A stretch of 64,000 nucleotides of DNA from an uncultured delta proteobacterium (GCA_963737905.1 CAVTUQ010000004.1:96001-160000); one strand, 5' to 3'. Positions 30,414 to 39,425 are shown, counted from the stretch's first letter. A program made the numbers and translations. The notes: generated by a model not told the origin, from the letters alone.

Positions 30414-31286
30414 TCACCAAGACTTCGGCGTCTTGTAGCCGACTTGTTTTCGTTCCTTCATGAAAGCTCTGTAAGTCCCCGGATGAGATTTCACGTTGTA
30501 GGGACAAACGTCGACGCACAGATGACAGTATTCGTCCCGCAGTCGCGAATAGGGATAGCACTTTTCCAGATCGATGAGCCAGCGTTTGATGCCGTGCGTG
30601 ATGACATGATCTTGCGGGATCGCGTCGCCCGGGCAATTCAACTGGCAGACGTTGCAGTTCATACAAACGTCCTGCACGCCGAATTCGCGCGGGTGATCCT
30701 CGACCAGGGGCAGATCCGTCGTGACAAAGCCCGGACGGAAGCTGGAGCCGTACTTTTCGTTGATCAAGCTGCCGTGGCGGCCGAGCTCGCCGAAACCCAC
30801 CTGATAAAATATCGGAATGGCCTGCACCTCGCTGGCGCCATTGTGGTGTGCGCGCGCCGGATAGCCAAGCGCGCGAACGTAAGCCGCGAGATCGCTCGCG
30901 ATCTCGGTGCACTTGGCATAGGTCCGCATCGCTTCTTCCTCTACGGCGTTGGCGCCATGGACAACTTTTTCGTAGTCTTCCGCCACGCAGGCGACGATAA
31001 CAAATTCGTGCGGCACATCCTCGCCAAGGTCGATCATGTGCGGCTGCAAGCGGCAGATCCCGACCATGTTCGCGCCGAGTTCCATCGATTTGGCTTTGAT
31101 CTGTTCCGTCATCCCCGCCAAATCACTAACTTCGACGCGTTGTGAATTGACCGGGCCATCGCGGAACGGCGCGAGCTTCACCCAGCTATCGCGGTAGGCC
31201 TGAATCTTCGGCGTCGCCGCGGTGTAATGACGCGCCGTCTCCATTCCCGCCGCATGGACCATTGAAGCCAATACCGGATCAGCCAT
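30414..31286 (-). CDS. Reductive-dehalogenase/QueG-like protein with two [4Fe-4S] motifs
   Basis: GFGELGRHGSLINEKYG..FR...VTTDLPL, CMNCNVCQLNCP, C..CHLCVDVCP; no Tat signal. Confidence 0.85.
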   Translation of the reverse strand: MADPVLASMVHAAGMETARHYTAATPKIQAYRDSWVKLAPFRDGPVNSQRVEVSDLAGMTEQIKAKSMELGANMVGICRLQPHMIDLGEDVPHEFVIVACVAEDYEKVVHGANAVEEEAMRTYAKCTEIASDLAAYVRALGYPARAHHNGASEVQAIPIFYQVGFGELGRHGSLINEKYGSSFRPGFVTTDLPLVEDHPREFGVQDVCMNCNVCQLNCPGDAIPQDHVITHGIKRWLIDLEKCYPYSRLRDEYCHLCVDVCPYNVKSHPGTYRAFMKERKQVGYKTPKSW

Positions 31287-31385
31287 GCCTTGTTCTCGCC
31301 TCGGTGTTATTCCACGCATACTAACGAACCCTTCCTGCGATCATCTTCACGCTGCAATCCCTGCTTCCTTCTCATTCAACCGGAG

Positions 31386-32493
31386 CTAATCCTCGGTCCA
31401 CGCATCGTCGTAAAATTCATGCGGGTTGAAGTCGAGCACCAATCCCCTGCCCTGCTTCGAAAGCTTGTCATAGATCAGCCCGCCGATGGCCGCGGCGCCG
31501 ATGCCCCAAAACGCGCAGTTTTTGAAGTAAGTGATTTGCGCTAGCATCGGTCCGTCCGGTTTTTTCACCCCGGATAACCTCTCCGGCGTCGACAATCTTG
31601 CGCGCGATGTTCGGACGATCGAGCGAGGCTTCCCAAAACACGGCGGTCTTGTCGAGTTCTTCCTGTCCCCAAACATTGGTCATTAAAATGTCGGACCGCT
31701 CCAGGGTGCGTTCGTCGATCTCCCGGCGCATTTGGTTGATATAGCCTCTCTTTTTCAGTGCGATATTGCTCGATACGATCGAGGTGACATGCTGGCCCGG
31801 AACCAGCCAATCGCCATCAAAAACCGGAACATTCGAATTGGTTGCGCAGATAATCACATCGGCGCCATTAACAACCTCGGCCGGTGAATCGACGGCGACG
31901 ACTTCGATGCCCAGAATCGCGGTCATTTCGACTGCGAATTTTTCTCGATTCTCTCGTGTCGGGCTGAAGACACGCACCTTGTTGATCGATTTCCGGATAC
32001 AGGTGAGCGCCAGGAGGTGGAGTCTAGCCTGGTCCCCAGCGCCGAAAACCCCTGCGACCCGGGAGTTTTTGCGCGCGAGCAGATCGGTCCCGACCATCGA
32101 GGCACAGGCCGTCGGCATCGCCACCACGCTGTTTGCGTCGGGCAGCTCTTTGGGATGCATTTCGCCGACTAGAATGAGCTTCAACGCCGCTGTGTCGCTG
32201 TCGTAAAGCACCAGAACCGGGCGCCCGCGGCGGGGATATTTTTGTTTGTCGCCGAAAATGCGCACAAGCTCCGCGTGCGTCATGATGCCCGTCGTGCCGT
32301 ATGCCGGCGCGGCGCCCTGGTGTAGCGTAATTCGCACGTTCTTCGGCGTGTGCGTGCGCCGCCGAAGCTCCGCCACCAGCGGGTCCTTCGCCCAATTGCG
32401 GAAGGCGTCCAGCATTGCATCCACTGCCTCCGACATCGCGAGAATGCCGCGGTGGTCGTCCGGTTTTGCTAAAATCGCCACTGGTGCCGCCAT
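31386..32493 (-). CDS. Ornithine cyclodeaminase/mu-crystallin family protein, frameshift near 31545
   Basis: GVFGAGDQARLH, VFSPTRENRE, ADVIICATNS, PGQHVTSI; the C-terminus GRT...ITYFKN shifts frame. Confidence 0.85.
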
Positions 32494-32511
32494 CGATTCT
32501 CCCTGATTTCC

Positions 32512-32793
32512 TTATTCGGGCACTTCGACGGTCACGTCGCCGACAATCCGCGCGACGCAAGCCAGCCTTTCGTCCGGCCCCGCGTTCATCATTTCGAGGG
32601 TCAATTCCTCGTTCTCGTTCTTTTCACTCAGGTGTTCTTTGCCGGAAAGGATCTTTACCCGGTCAGTGCCGCAAATCGCTTCGGTGCAGTCGTGGCGAAG
32701 CTGCAAGCCGTTTTGAATCGCCGAAACCAGGACCGTCGTGCCCACCGCCACTTCAAATGACTGTCCGGCCGGCATAAAAGTCACCGTCGGCAT
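32512..32793 (-). CDS. [2Fe-2S] ferredoxin, adrenodoxin-type
   Basis: HDCTEAICGTDRV...RLAC. Confidence 0.85.
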   Translation of the reverse strand: MPTVTFMPAGQSFEVAVGTTVLVSAIQNGLQLRHDCTEAICGTDRVKILSGKEHLSEKNENEELTLEMMNAGPDERLACVARIVGDVTVEVPE

Positions 32794-32796
32794 AGT

Positions 32797-33687
32797 TCAG
32801 GCCGCCATGCTTTTGATGCGCTCGATCGCTTCATTGATCATCCACTCGGGGGTCTCGTTGGCGCCGATGATACCCACCTTCTCTTTTCCCCGCAGCCACT
32901 CTAACCTGAGGTCGTCGACCTTTTCGATTTTGTGCACATGCGCGTTGAAAGCGCGGGCGACTTCGACCATTCGGGTCGTCATCCCTTCGGTCCAGCCGAA
33001 AATAATCATGGCATCGACTTGTTTAGCAAGCTTCTCAACCTCCGGAAGGCGCTGTAGCGAATCGATGCAGGCCGTGTTTCTAATCTGAACGTTGGCAAAA
33101 CGCTCGAGAATCCGAGCAATGATCTTTTTGTAAGTTTCCAGCCAGAAGGTCGTTTGCACGATCACGCCGATGGGCTCGAACCGAGTGAGACGAATCGATT
33201 CGACTTCTTCTTCGCGCTCGACGATAAAGACTTCTTTTCCCTTTTCTCGCGCAATGCCCTGAAGCCTTGGGATGCCGTGGTGCGTGCGGCTGCTGAGGAC
33301 GACGAGATGACACCCGTGCTCCAGCAGCTCGATCTCCGCCTCTTCCTGCTGCGTGACGAAAGGACAAGTCGCGTCGGCCATCAGCGTGAGGCCTTTTTCG
33401 CGCGCCTTTTCTCTCACCTCGGGCGGCGCCCCGCGCACACCGTAAATCAGTTTTTCACCGGCGTCTATTGATTCCATATCGCTGGTTGAGCGAATCCCCT
33501 GTTCCCCCAGCCCTTCCTTTTTGAAAGCAATGAAATCGAGATCGGGTCTCAGCGACCAAACCGCCAGATGATCGCCATGCTTTGCGACCATTTTCTGGTG
33601 GATGGCGCCGGCGCGATGAACGCCGACGCATAGCCCGCTCGGAGGGATTCCTTTCACGTTACTCAAGTCGCCTTTCAATATTTGCAT
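32797..33687 (-). CDS. IspH/LytB-like [4Fe-4S] protein (divergent)
   Basis: GLCVGV, DATCPFV, QTTF, NTACIDS, GANETPEW; GGAGGA RBS before ATG33687. Confidence 0.8.
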   Translation of the reverse strand: MQILKGDLSNVKGIPPSGLCVGVHRAGAIHQKMVAKHGDHLAVWSLRPDLDFIAFKKEGLGEQGIRSTSDMESIDAGEKLIYGVRGAPPEVREKAREKGLTLMADATCPFVTQQEEAEIELLEHGCHLVVLSSRTHHGIPRLQGIAREKGKEVFIVEREEEVESIRLTRFEPIGVIVQTTFWLETYKKIIARILERFANVQIRNTACIDSLQRLPEVEKLAKQVDAMIIFGWTEGMTTRMVEVARAFNAHVHKIEKVDDLRLEWLRGKEKVGIIGANETPEWMINEAIERIKSMAA

Positions 33688-33767
33688 GAGTTTTCCTCCT
33701 CGTACAGTCATCGCCGCACTGTCATTCCAAGAGGTCCCTGCGCGGTTTGCCGCGCCGATTATCGGTG

Positions 33768-34247
33768 TTAGACCGCCCGTGGCAAATCGATCGGCCCTCT
33801 ACTCTGGCGCGGCTCGACGTCAAAAGCTGCCGCCATTCGAACCGCGTAATTGTGATAGGCGATCGCCGTGGCGACCAGCAACACGTCCTTGTCGCTAAGG
33901 CCGGCCGCGCGCAGATCTTCGATATCCTTCTTGCGCACCGCGGCTTCATCGAGGGTACCCTTCTCCGCATAAGCCAGGACCGCCTTCTCCGCCGCCGTGA
34001 GCGTGAGCGCGCGCCAATCGCGCGCCGCTTGAGCCGCGAATGATGGGTCCAGCCGCCCGCCTACGGCGTCGACGAAGCGCTCGCAACGCAGACAACCGGC
34101 AACCACGAGACCGATCAAACTGTACAGGCGCGGCGTCAATTGATCGACAAGCAGGCCGTGCATCGCCGTGTCCGCGTCCAGCGCGGCGGGCGCCGCGCTG
34201 AGCAGATCGTCCATCCTTTTTCCTGGGACCATACGCAAACGGCTCAT
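33768..34247 (-). CDS. Degenerate AhpD/CMD-like protein without Sec
   Basis: DWR..LT.AEKA.L.YAEK.T..DIEDLRAAGLSD; active-site region reads GCLRCERF; ATGA overlap with the upstream gene. Confidence 0.8.
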   Translation of the reverse strand: MSRLRMVPGKRMDDLLSAAPAALDADTAMHGLLVDQLTPRLYSLIGLVVAGCLRCERFVDAVGGRLDPSFAAQAARDWRALTLTAAEKAVLAYAEKGTLDEAAVRKKDIEDLRAAGLSDKDVLLVATAIAYHNYAVRMAAAFDVEPRQSRGPIDLPRAV

Positions 34248-34891
34248 GATTTGTCCTCGTACAGCGTCGTCTGCAGCTGCTCACGCGTCACGCCGAAGGC
34301 TTCTAAAATTTCCTCAGGAAAGTCGAACTTTTCTTCCTCTACGCCGAGCAGGTCGGCGATGCGATCTACCCAGGTTCGGTATCCTGCTCCCAGACCGATG
34401 GCGAGGATCTGATCTTCATCAAACCCGGCTTGGCGCAATTTGTCGATGTCTCCGTCGGTAATTTGATCCGGCGTCAGGGTAAATTTTTCGGTGAACTCCA
34501 GCATGGTTTTCTCCTGCTCGTCCAAGTCGGCTTCGCGCCAGTTGGAGATCACCTTGGCAACTTCCTCAACCGCCATTTTGCCGTCGACACGGAGAAACTC
34601 CCCGTGACCGATGCCTCAAAACCGGCAGCCGCTCAGCGCCGCAACCTGGGTGGCGATCAGCTCTTCCTTGCGCCGGCCCAAGCCTGAATGACCGGGCCGA
34701 TAGATGCCCCTGTCGAAACCGACTCGGGCTTCGAGCAGCGCCGGACACAGGCTAAAAATTCGCACGATGGGCGGCAGCTTGTCGCCGCGTCTCTGGCGCA
34801 CCGACGGGCTCAGCCGCGCGAGAGTACGCTGATAGACTTCCTTGAGTTCGCCGCTCGCCTCCGACTCGTGAATGACATCGATGAAACTCAT
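34244..34891 (-). CDS. Predicted selenoprotein, AhpD/CMD-like, CxxU, Sec92 (TGA 34618-34616), 215 aa
   Basis: ELIATQVAALSGCRF-U-GIGHGEFLR in frame with ORF 34244-34576. Confidence 0.92.
34588..34606 (-). promoter_or_regulatory. SECIS-like hairpin
   Basis: CACGGGGA-GTT-TCTCCGTG, same register as in the paralogs. Confidence 0.8.
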
Positions 34892-35574
34892 GAACCTTTC
34901 CCTTCACGCACCTGCCAGGGATCCGCCGGCATCGCCACACCGCGCTCCTTCGCTAACTTCTCCGCGCGCTCTGCGCCGGCTCGAGCGCTCTTTAGCTGCC
35001 ACTCGGCGACTTCCAGTCCGAGTCCATCGACCACCCGCACGCGGAAGTTGAAATAGGCGCACACGTGAACGATATCGAGAATGTCTCGGTCGGTCCAGCC
35101 TGCGTCTCGAAGTTTCTGTATATCTTCTTCCTTCATAGCACTCGGAGTTAAAGTTAACTTCTCGGCATATTCCAGCATCGTGTATTCGGCTGGCGTCAAT
35201 TGCATTTCGCGCCAATCCGATTTCGCCTGCTCCACCGCCAGATCGTCGCCACCCTCTTGACGCAGAAACTCTGCGTGGGCGACGGTTCAGAATCGACAGT
35301 TGAGCGCCCCTGAGGTCACCGTCGCGATCATTTCCCGCTGCGCCGTCGTGAGCCGGGATTCCCCTCGCATGATTTCCCACATCAGCTCCGCGGTATGCCA
35401 CATCGCTTTGGGATTGAGGCTGTGCAACATCGGCGGGCTAACCGGCGGTCCACCGGCTGACGCCTCGCGCTCCCGGTTGATTTTTTCACCCCGGCGCTGC
35501 TCGCGGATCTTTGCGTAAACCTCTTTTAGCTCTCCCTGGGCTTCAGCCTCGGGTGTGACCTTGATCCATGGCAT
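34888..35574 (-). CDS. Predicted selenoprotein, AhpD/CMD-like, CxxU, Sec96 (TGA 35289-35287), 228 aa
   Basis: REMIATVTSGALNCRF-U-TVAHAEFLR in frame with ORF 34888-35235. Confidence 0.93.
35244..35284 (-). promoter_or_regulatory. SECIS-like hairpin with lower stem
   Basis: CGTCGCC...ACGCAGA-GTT-TCTGCGT...GGCGACG. Confidence 0.8.
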
Positions 35575-35815
35575 TTGACTGTTCTCTTTCTTGACAGCCC
35601 TGATTTACTAACCGTTTGTCTTGTCTGATTCTGTCAGAATGAACTCATGTTGTCGCCCGCCGTCCCTGTATGCTCCAATGCATCTTGATACGCCAGCAGT
35701 TGGGGCTGAAGCGCAAATCGTCCGCCGCGCCGGCGAGATCGTACAGTTTCATCGAGCTAAGTATCGCGGGTAAAAGTGACTAGTCTTCCTCCAAGACCTG
35801 CCTCAAGAGATCAAA

Positions 35816-35851
35816 GTTGACTAACTACTACTAAGTATATAAGTAGTCAAC
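35816..35851. promoter_or_regulatory. Inverted repeat: candidate operator and divergent promoter
   Basis: GTTGACTA-N20-TAGTCAAC ending 1 nt before the gntR ATG; TTGACT on both strands. Confidence 0.55.
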
Positions 35852-36595
35852 ATGCTCCTGGCCAAAAAACCCGGCTCGCCTTTTCCTCTCTACTATAAGG
35901 TGATGATGGAAATCCGGGATAACATCTTATCCGGAAAGTGGGGCTCCGGCTTTCAAATTCCGGGGGAGATTGATCTCTCCCGGCAACTGGGTGTCAGCGT
36001 CATCACCGTGCGACAGGCCCTGGGACAGTTGGCGCAAGAAGGCTATCTAAGACGCGAAAAAGCAAGGGGCACCTTCGTAAACTGGAAGGGTCCTTTGAGA
36101 CAGTCCGTGAGTTTAGAAGTGCCGGCGGATGATCTCGCCACCATCAATCCTGACAGCACAAGCTTCAAACTCCTATCATTCGATCTCATTGAGTCTCCGG
36201 TAGACATTGAACAAAGTCTCCGGATACCGCGTAAAGAAAAAATAACACGCATTATTCGGATCCGATTATCCCAAGGGCAACCCCTCGCGTACGTGATTTC
36301 CTATGTCCCCTCGCGAATCGGTTCCAAGATTCAAGAAAAGGAGCTCGCGCGATCGCCCCTCAATACCATCGTTGAAGACCTCCTGCCGTTCAAAATCACT
36401 CGAGTGAAACATACGGTTGCGGCGAGGCTGGCCGATGATGAGGTGTCGGCTCACCTTGGGATCCCTCCGGGGTCACCGGTGCTTTACGTCGAAAGAGATT
36501 ATCTTCATAAAAAGGAAATGATTTTGCGATCCGTGGGCTTCTATCGGACTGACCTTTTCACTTACGAGCTCACGCTCAAACGCCGATCTCGCTAA
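35852..36595 (+). CDS. GntR family regulator, HutC/UTRA subfamily
   Basis: PLYY..IPGE.DLSRQLGVSVITVRQAL..L..EG..RGTFV plus UTRA-like C-terminus. Confidence 0.92.
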   Translation: MLLAKKPGSPFPLYYKVMMEIRDNILSGKWGSGFQIPGEIDLSRQLGVSVITVRQALGQLAQEGYLRREKARGTFVNWKGPLRQSVSLEVPADDLATINPDSTSFKLLSFDLIESPVDIEQSLRIPRKEKITRIIRIRLSQGQPLAYVISYVPSRIGSKIQEKELARSPLNTIVEDLLPFKITRVKHTVAARLADDEVSAHLGIPPGSPVLYVERDYLHKKEMILRSVGFYRTDLFTYELTLKRRSR

Positions 36596-36630
36596 CTGGT
36601 TATATCAGGTTCGTACCACTGGGGGTTTGT

Positions 36631-37395
36631 ATGATGAACATTGATGCTCTGAATGACCTCGCAGCCAACCGGAGAAGCATCCGCGGCTACGATAAGACAA
36701 AAAACGTTCCCGATGAAATGGTGCGAAAGATTCTCGATTGCGCCCGCTGGGCGCCTTCGGGAGGCAACGGCCAGCCTTGGGAATTTATCGTTGTCCGCGA
36801 TGAGAAAACTCGTCATGAGATCGCAGATATCTTCTTGAAGCAGCAAGAGCATAAAAAGGAAATGGAGATGGCTGTGCGCGGCGACGCGAAGATGACCGGT
36901 GATGGCTTCCGACATGCGCCGGTGCATCTCGTCGTGTTAGGTGACCCCAGGGTGAAAGAGACCTATCCGGTGAGAACGATGCTGGATAAGGCGGACTCCC
37001 ACTTCTACACAGGCCTGGCCAGCGCCACCTTGTTGATTCATCTGGCTGCGACTTCTCTCGGCTTGGCATCTCAGTATGTCAGCGACGCAAGCTCACCCTA
37101 CATGGAAACCATGCTCAAAGTTCTTCTTGGGGTACCCGAGCCTTTGAGGGTTTACCACCTGATTCCACTGGGCTATGCGAGCAAACCGATTCCCGCCCGG
37201 CCTCGGCGCGAGGTTGATGAGATGACCCACTATGAGCGCTATGACATGGCGAAATACAGAAACGACCGCGAGTTTCAAAAGTTCGTCATGACTGCCAGCC
37301 GGAGAGGTTACTACGGAAAAAAAACCTGGGTGGAGGACGATACGAATCAAACAACCGACCCTAAGGGAGGAAACAATGAGCAAGAAACAAGGTAA
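36631..37395 (+). CDS. Nitroreductase family flavoprotein
   Basis: RRSIRGY, ARWAPSGGNGQPWEFIVV, LAATSLGL. Confidence 0.9.
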   Translation: MMNIDALNDLAANRRSIRGYDKTKNVPDEMVRKILDCARWAPSGGNGQPWEFIVVRDEKTRHEIADIFLKQQEHKKEMEMAVRGDAKMTGDGFRHAPVHLVVLGDPRVKETYPVRTMLDKADSHFYTGLASATLLIHLAATSLGLASQYVSDASSPYMETMLKVLLGVPEPLRVYHLIPLGYASKPIPARPRREVDEMTHYERYDMAKYRNDREFQKFVMTASRRGYYGKKTWVEDDTNQTTDPKGGNNEQETR

Positions 37396-37927
37396 AGTCG
37401 ATCTGGCGAAATTTCGCGAGGTCCATCAAGAGCAGCGGGAGCAGGCGAAGAAAGGTCCGGAAGGCCATACTCTCGTTGCCCGCGCCGTAGTCCGGCTCGT
37501 CGAGGACCAGCTCAAAGAGGCGAGAGTTGGGGAGTACACCATCCAGTGCGATGAGGCCAAGTCGCGCAAGGGCGGCGGTAAAGCGCCATCACCGCTGCAA
37601 TACTTTGTCGCCGCGGCGGGATTTTGAATGTTCAGTCAACTGGCGCGGTACGCGTCTCAATTGGGCATTGAGATCGAGGATGCGGAGATGGATATTCGAA
37701 TGACCTACGACACGCGCGGCAAGTTACTGTTAGCCGATGTCTCTCCGGCCTGTCGTGAGCTGACCTATGTTTTTAAGATTGAGAGCCCGGCGTCACCGGA
37801 AAAGGTGCAGGAGTTATTGCAGATGATCGAGAAGGGATGCCATACCATCAACTCGCTGAGAAATCCGGTGCCCGTGTCAGGGAAACTTGTCCATAACGGG
37901 CAAGAATTCGCCGTTCCTTCAACTTAG
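37376..37927 (+). CDS. Predicted selenoprotein, OsmC/Ohr family, Sec84 (TGA 37625-37627), 183 aa
   Basis: DE..GG...PSPLQYFVAAAGF-U-MFSQ; second Cys in GCHTINSL; ORFs contiguous in frame. Confidence 0.9.
37628..37668 (+). promoter_or_regulatory. SECIS-like hairpin
   Basis: Upper GGCGCG-GTA-CGCGTC; lower ATGTTCAGT/ATTGGGCAT with G-U pairs. Confidence 0.7.
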
Positions 37928-37969
37928 CCCGTCTGCTAGGGAAGGATAACCATTAAACAAGGAGGTAAA

Positions 37970-38455
37970 ATGGCAAAGCAACTGAATATGGGCGACTTAT
38001 TTCCCGAGTACGTCGTGCAAACCGTGGATAATCGCACGCTTCATCTGCCACGAGACTTGTCCGGGGAATACTCGGTGCTAATTTTTTACCGCGGCGGTTG
38101 GTGACCTTACTGCAATCGGCAGTTGGCCGACTTCCAATCACACATCGACGAGTTCAAGAAAGAGAACGTCGACATCGTGGCCCTATCTGTGGATCCAATG
38201 GATAAGGCCAAGGAGACCGTGGAGAAGCTGCAGCTTACTTTTCCCGTGGCCTATGGACTCGAAGTGCCCAGGGATGCGGACAAAGTAGGCGCGTTTTGGG
38301 AGGAGCGGAGAAAAATCATCCACGCCACGAACTTTATTCTGGACTCAGACAAAAAGGTAGTCGACGCTTCTTATAGCATCGGCCCCATCGGCCGCATCGT
38401 CGCCGCCGACGCCCTGAGCCACGTCCAGTTCTTTAAAAAAAGAAAGGCACAGTAG
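37970..38455 (+). CDS. Predicted selenoprotein, AhpC/TSA family, UxxC, Sec45 (TGA 38102-38104), 161 aa
   Basis: AAGGAGGT RBS; MAKQLNMGDLFPE...LIFYRGGW-U-PYC-NRQLADF; 5' part is missing from the ORF track. Confidence 0.92.
38116..38130 (+). promoter_or_regulatory. SECIS-like hairpin
   Basis: TCGGC-AGTTG-GCCGA 11 nt after the TGA. Confidence 0.6.
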
Positions 38456-38595
38456 AGCTAAGATAACCCAAGGCTTGTTCTGTTACCAAGAGAGCAGGGT
38501 TCAGATCCTGGAATCCGTCAATCAAAGGCGGATGATTTTCATAAAATTCCTTGGTTTCCGATTGCGCGTATTCCGGAGCGATTTTCTTTTCCGAC

Positions 38596-39048
38596 TCACT
38601 TAGACACAGCTGTCTGAGCAAAGCCGGCAAGCGCTTTTTTCAGGTTTTCCACAGCCGGGCACTGCGACACCCCATGGCGTCGTGCCAGGAATTCGGGATC
38701 GTTGTACCCGAGCCATACCTGCCCGGACGCATCCTCCCAGACGAGCGCCTTAAGCGGCAGATCAATGCCCACCGTTTGGCTGCATTCCATAAACGGAGTG
38801 CCGCCCTGCGGATTACCAAAGATCAGCAACTCGGTCGAGCGCAGTTTCTTCCCTACTTTCGCTGCGCCGGCGGCATGGTCGATGCGCACAAATATCGTCA
38901 GCCCTTTCTCCTTAACAACAGCCTCGAGGCGATCCATCGTATCCTTCGGGTTATGCGGACTCTTAACCACGATGAGCCCATCCGCACCCCAGGTGAAAGT
39001 CGAAAGAGAAAACAAAAACATAACGATGACTGCTTGAACGATCTTCAT
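38596..39048 (-). CDS. DUF302 family exported protein
   Basis: RIDHAAGA, FGNPQGGTP, GIDLPLKALVWED; AGGAGG RBS. Confidence 0.88.
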   Translation of the reverse strand: MKIVQAVIVMFLFSLSTFTWGADGLIVVKSPHNPKDTMDRLEAVVKEKGLTIFVRIDHAAGAAKVGKKLRSTELLIFGNPQGGTPFMECSQTVGIDLPLKALVWEDASGQVWLGYNDPEFLARRHGVSQCPAVENLKKALAGFAQTAVSK

Positions 39049-39425
39049 GATAGACCTCCTAATACACCCGCCAGGATGATTGGCATAGCTTTGTCCGGCT
39101 GACGCCCAGCGTTCATCGCATGCGCTACCCCGCGATCTTCCAGTCGGCGGCAGCATGCGATTTCTACCTCGATCAACCGATCAATTGCTCATTGTTGCAA
39201 AAATCTTTGACCCTGGATTAACACGAGGCCTGCAAATTCCAGATAGAGCCAGCGACCGGCACTTGGTGCAGAGTTTATGGACCTCTGGCGCAAGGCTGTT
39301 GAGATCGAGCGTTATTCGCCCTTCTGATATCGGTGCCGCTTCAGCTTACTCAGCCTTTGATCACAAGGCACAAACAGTCATCCATGACTGTTTGTCTTTT
39401 ATAGGAGACGTCCCGACGTTTCCGA

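Noticed and set aside
32791-32799. IspH-like TGA stop is in frame with the ferredoxin ATG (TGA-ACT-ATG): possible Sec fusion
   Set aside because: Not at a Cys-equivalent position, the domain is complete, and I saw no convincing hairpin.
14514-38104. Alternative genetic code (UGA=Trp or Gly) explaining the in-frame TGAs
   Set aside because: TGA ends many ordinary genes (e.g. 1444, 6919, ATGA overlaps), long genes contain no internal TGA, and the eight cases fall only at Cys-equivalent sites.
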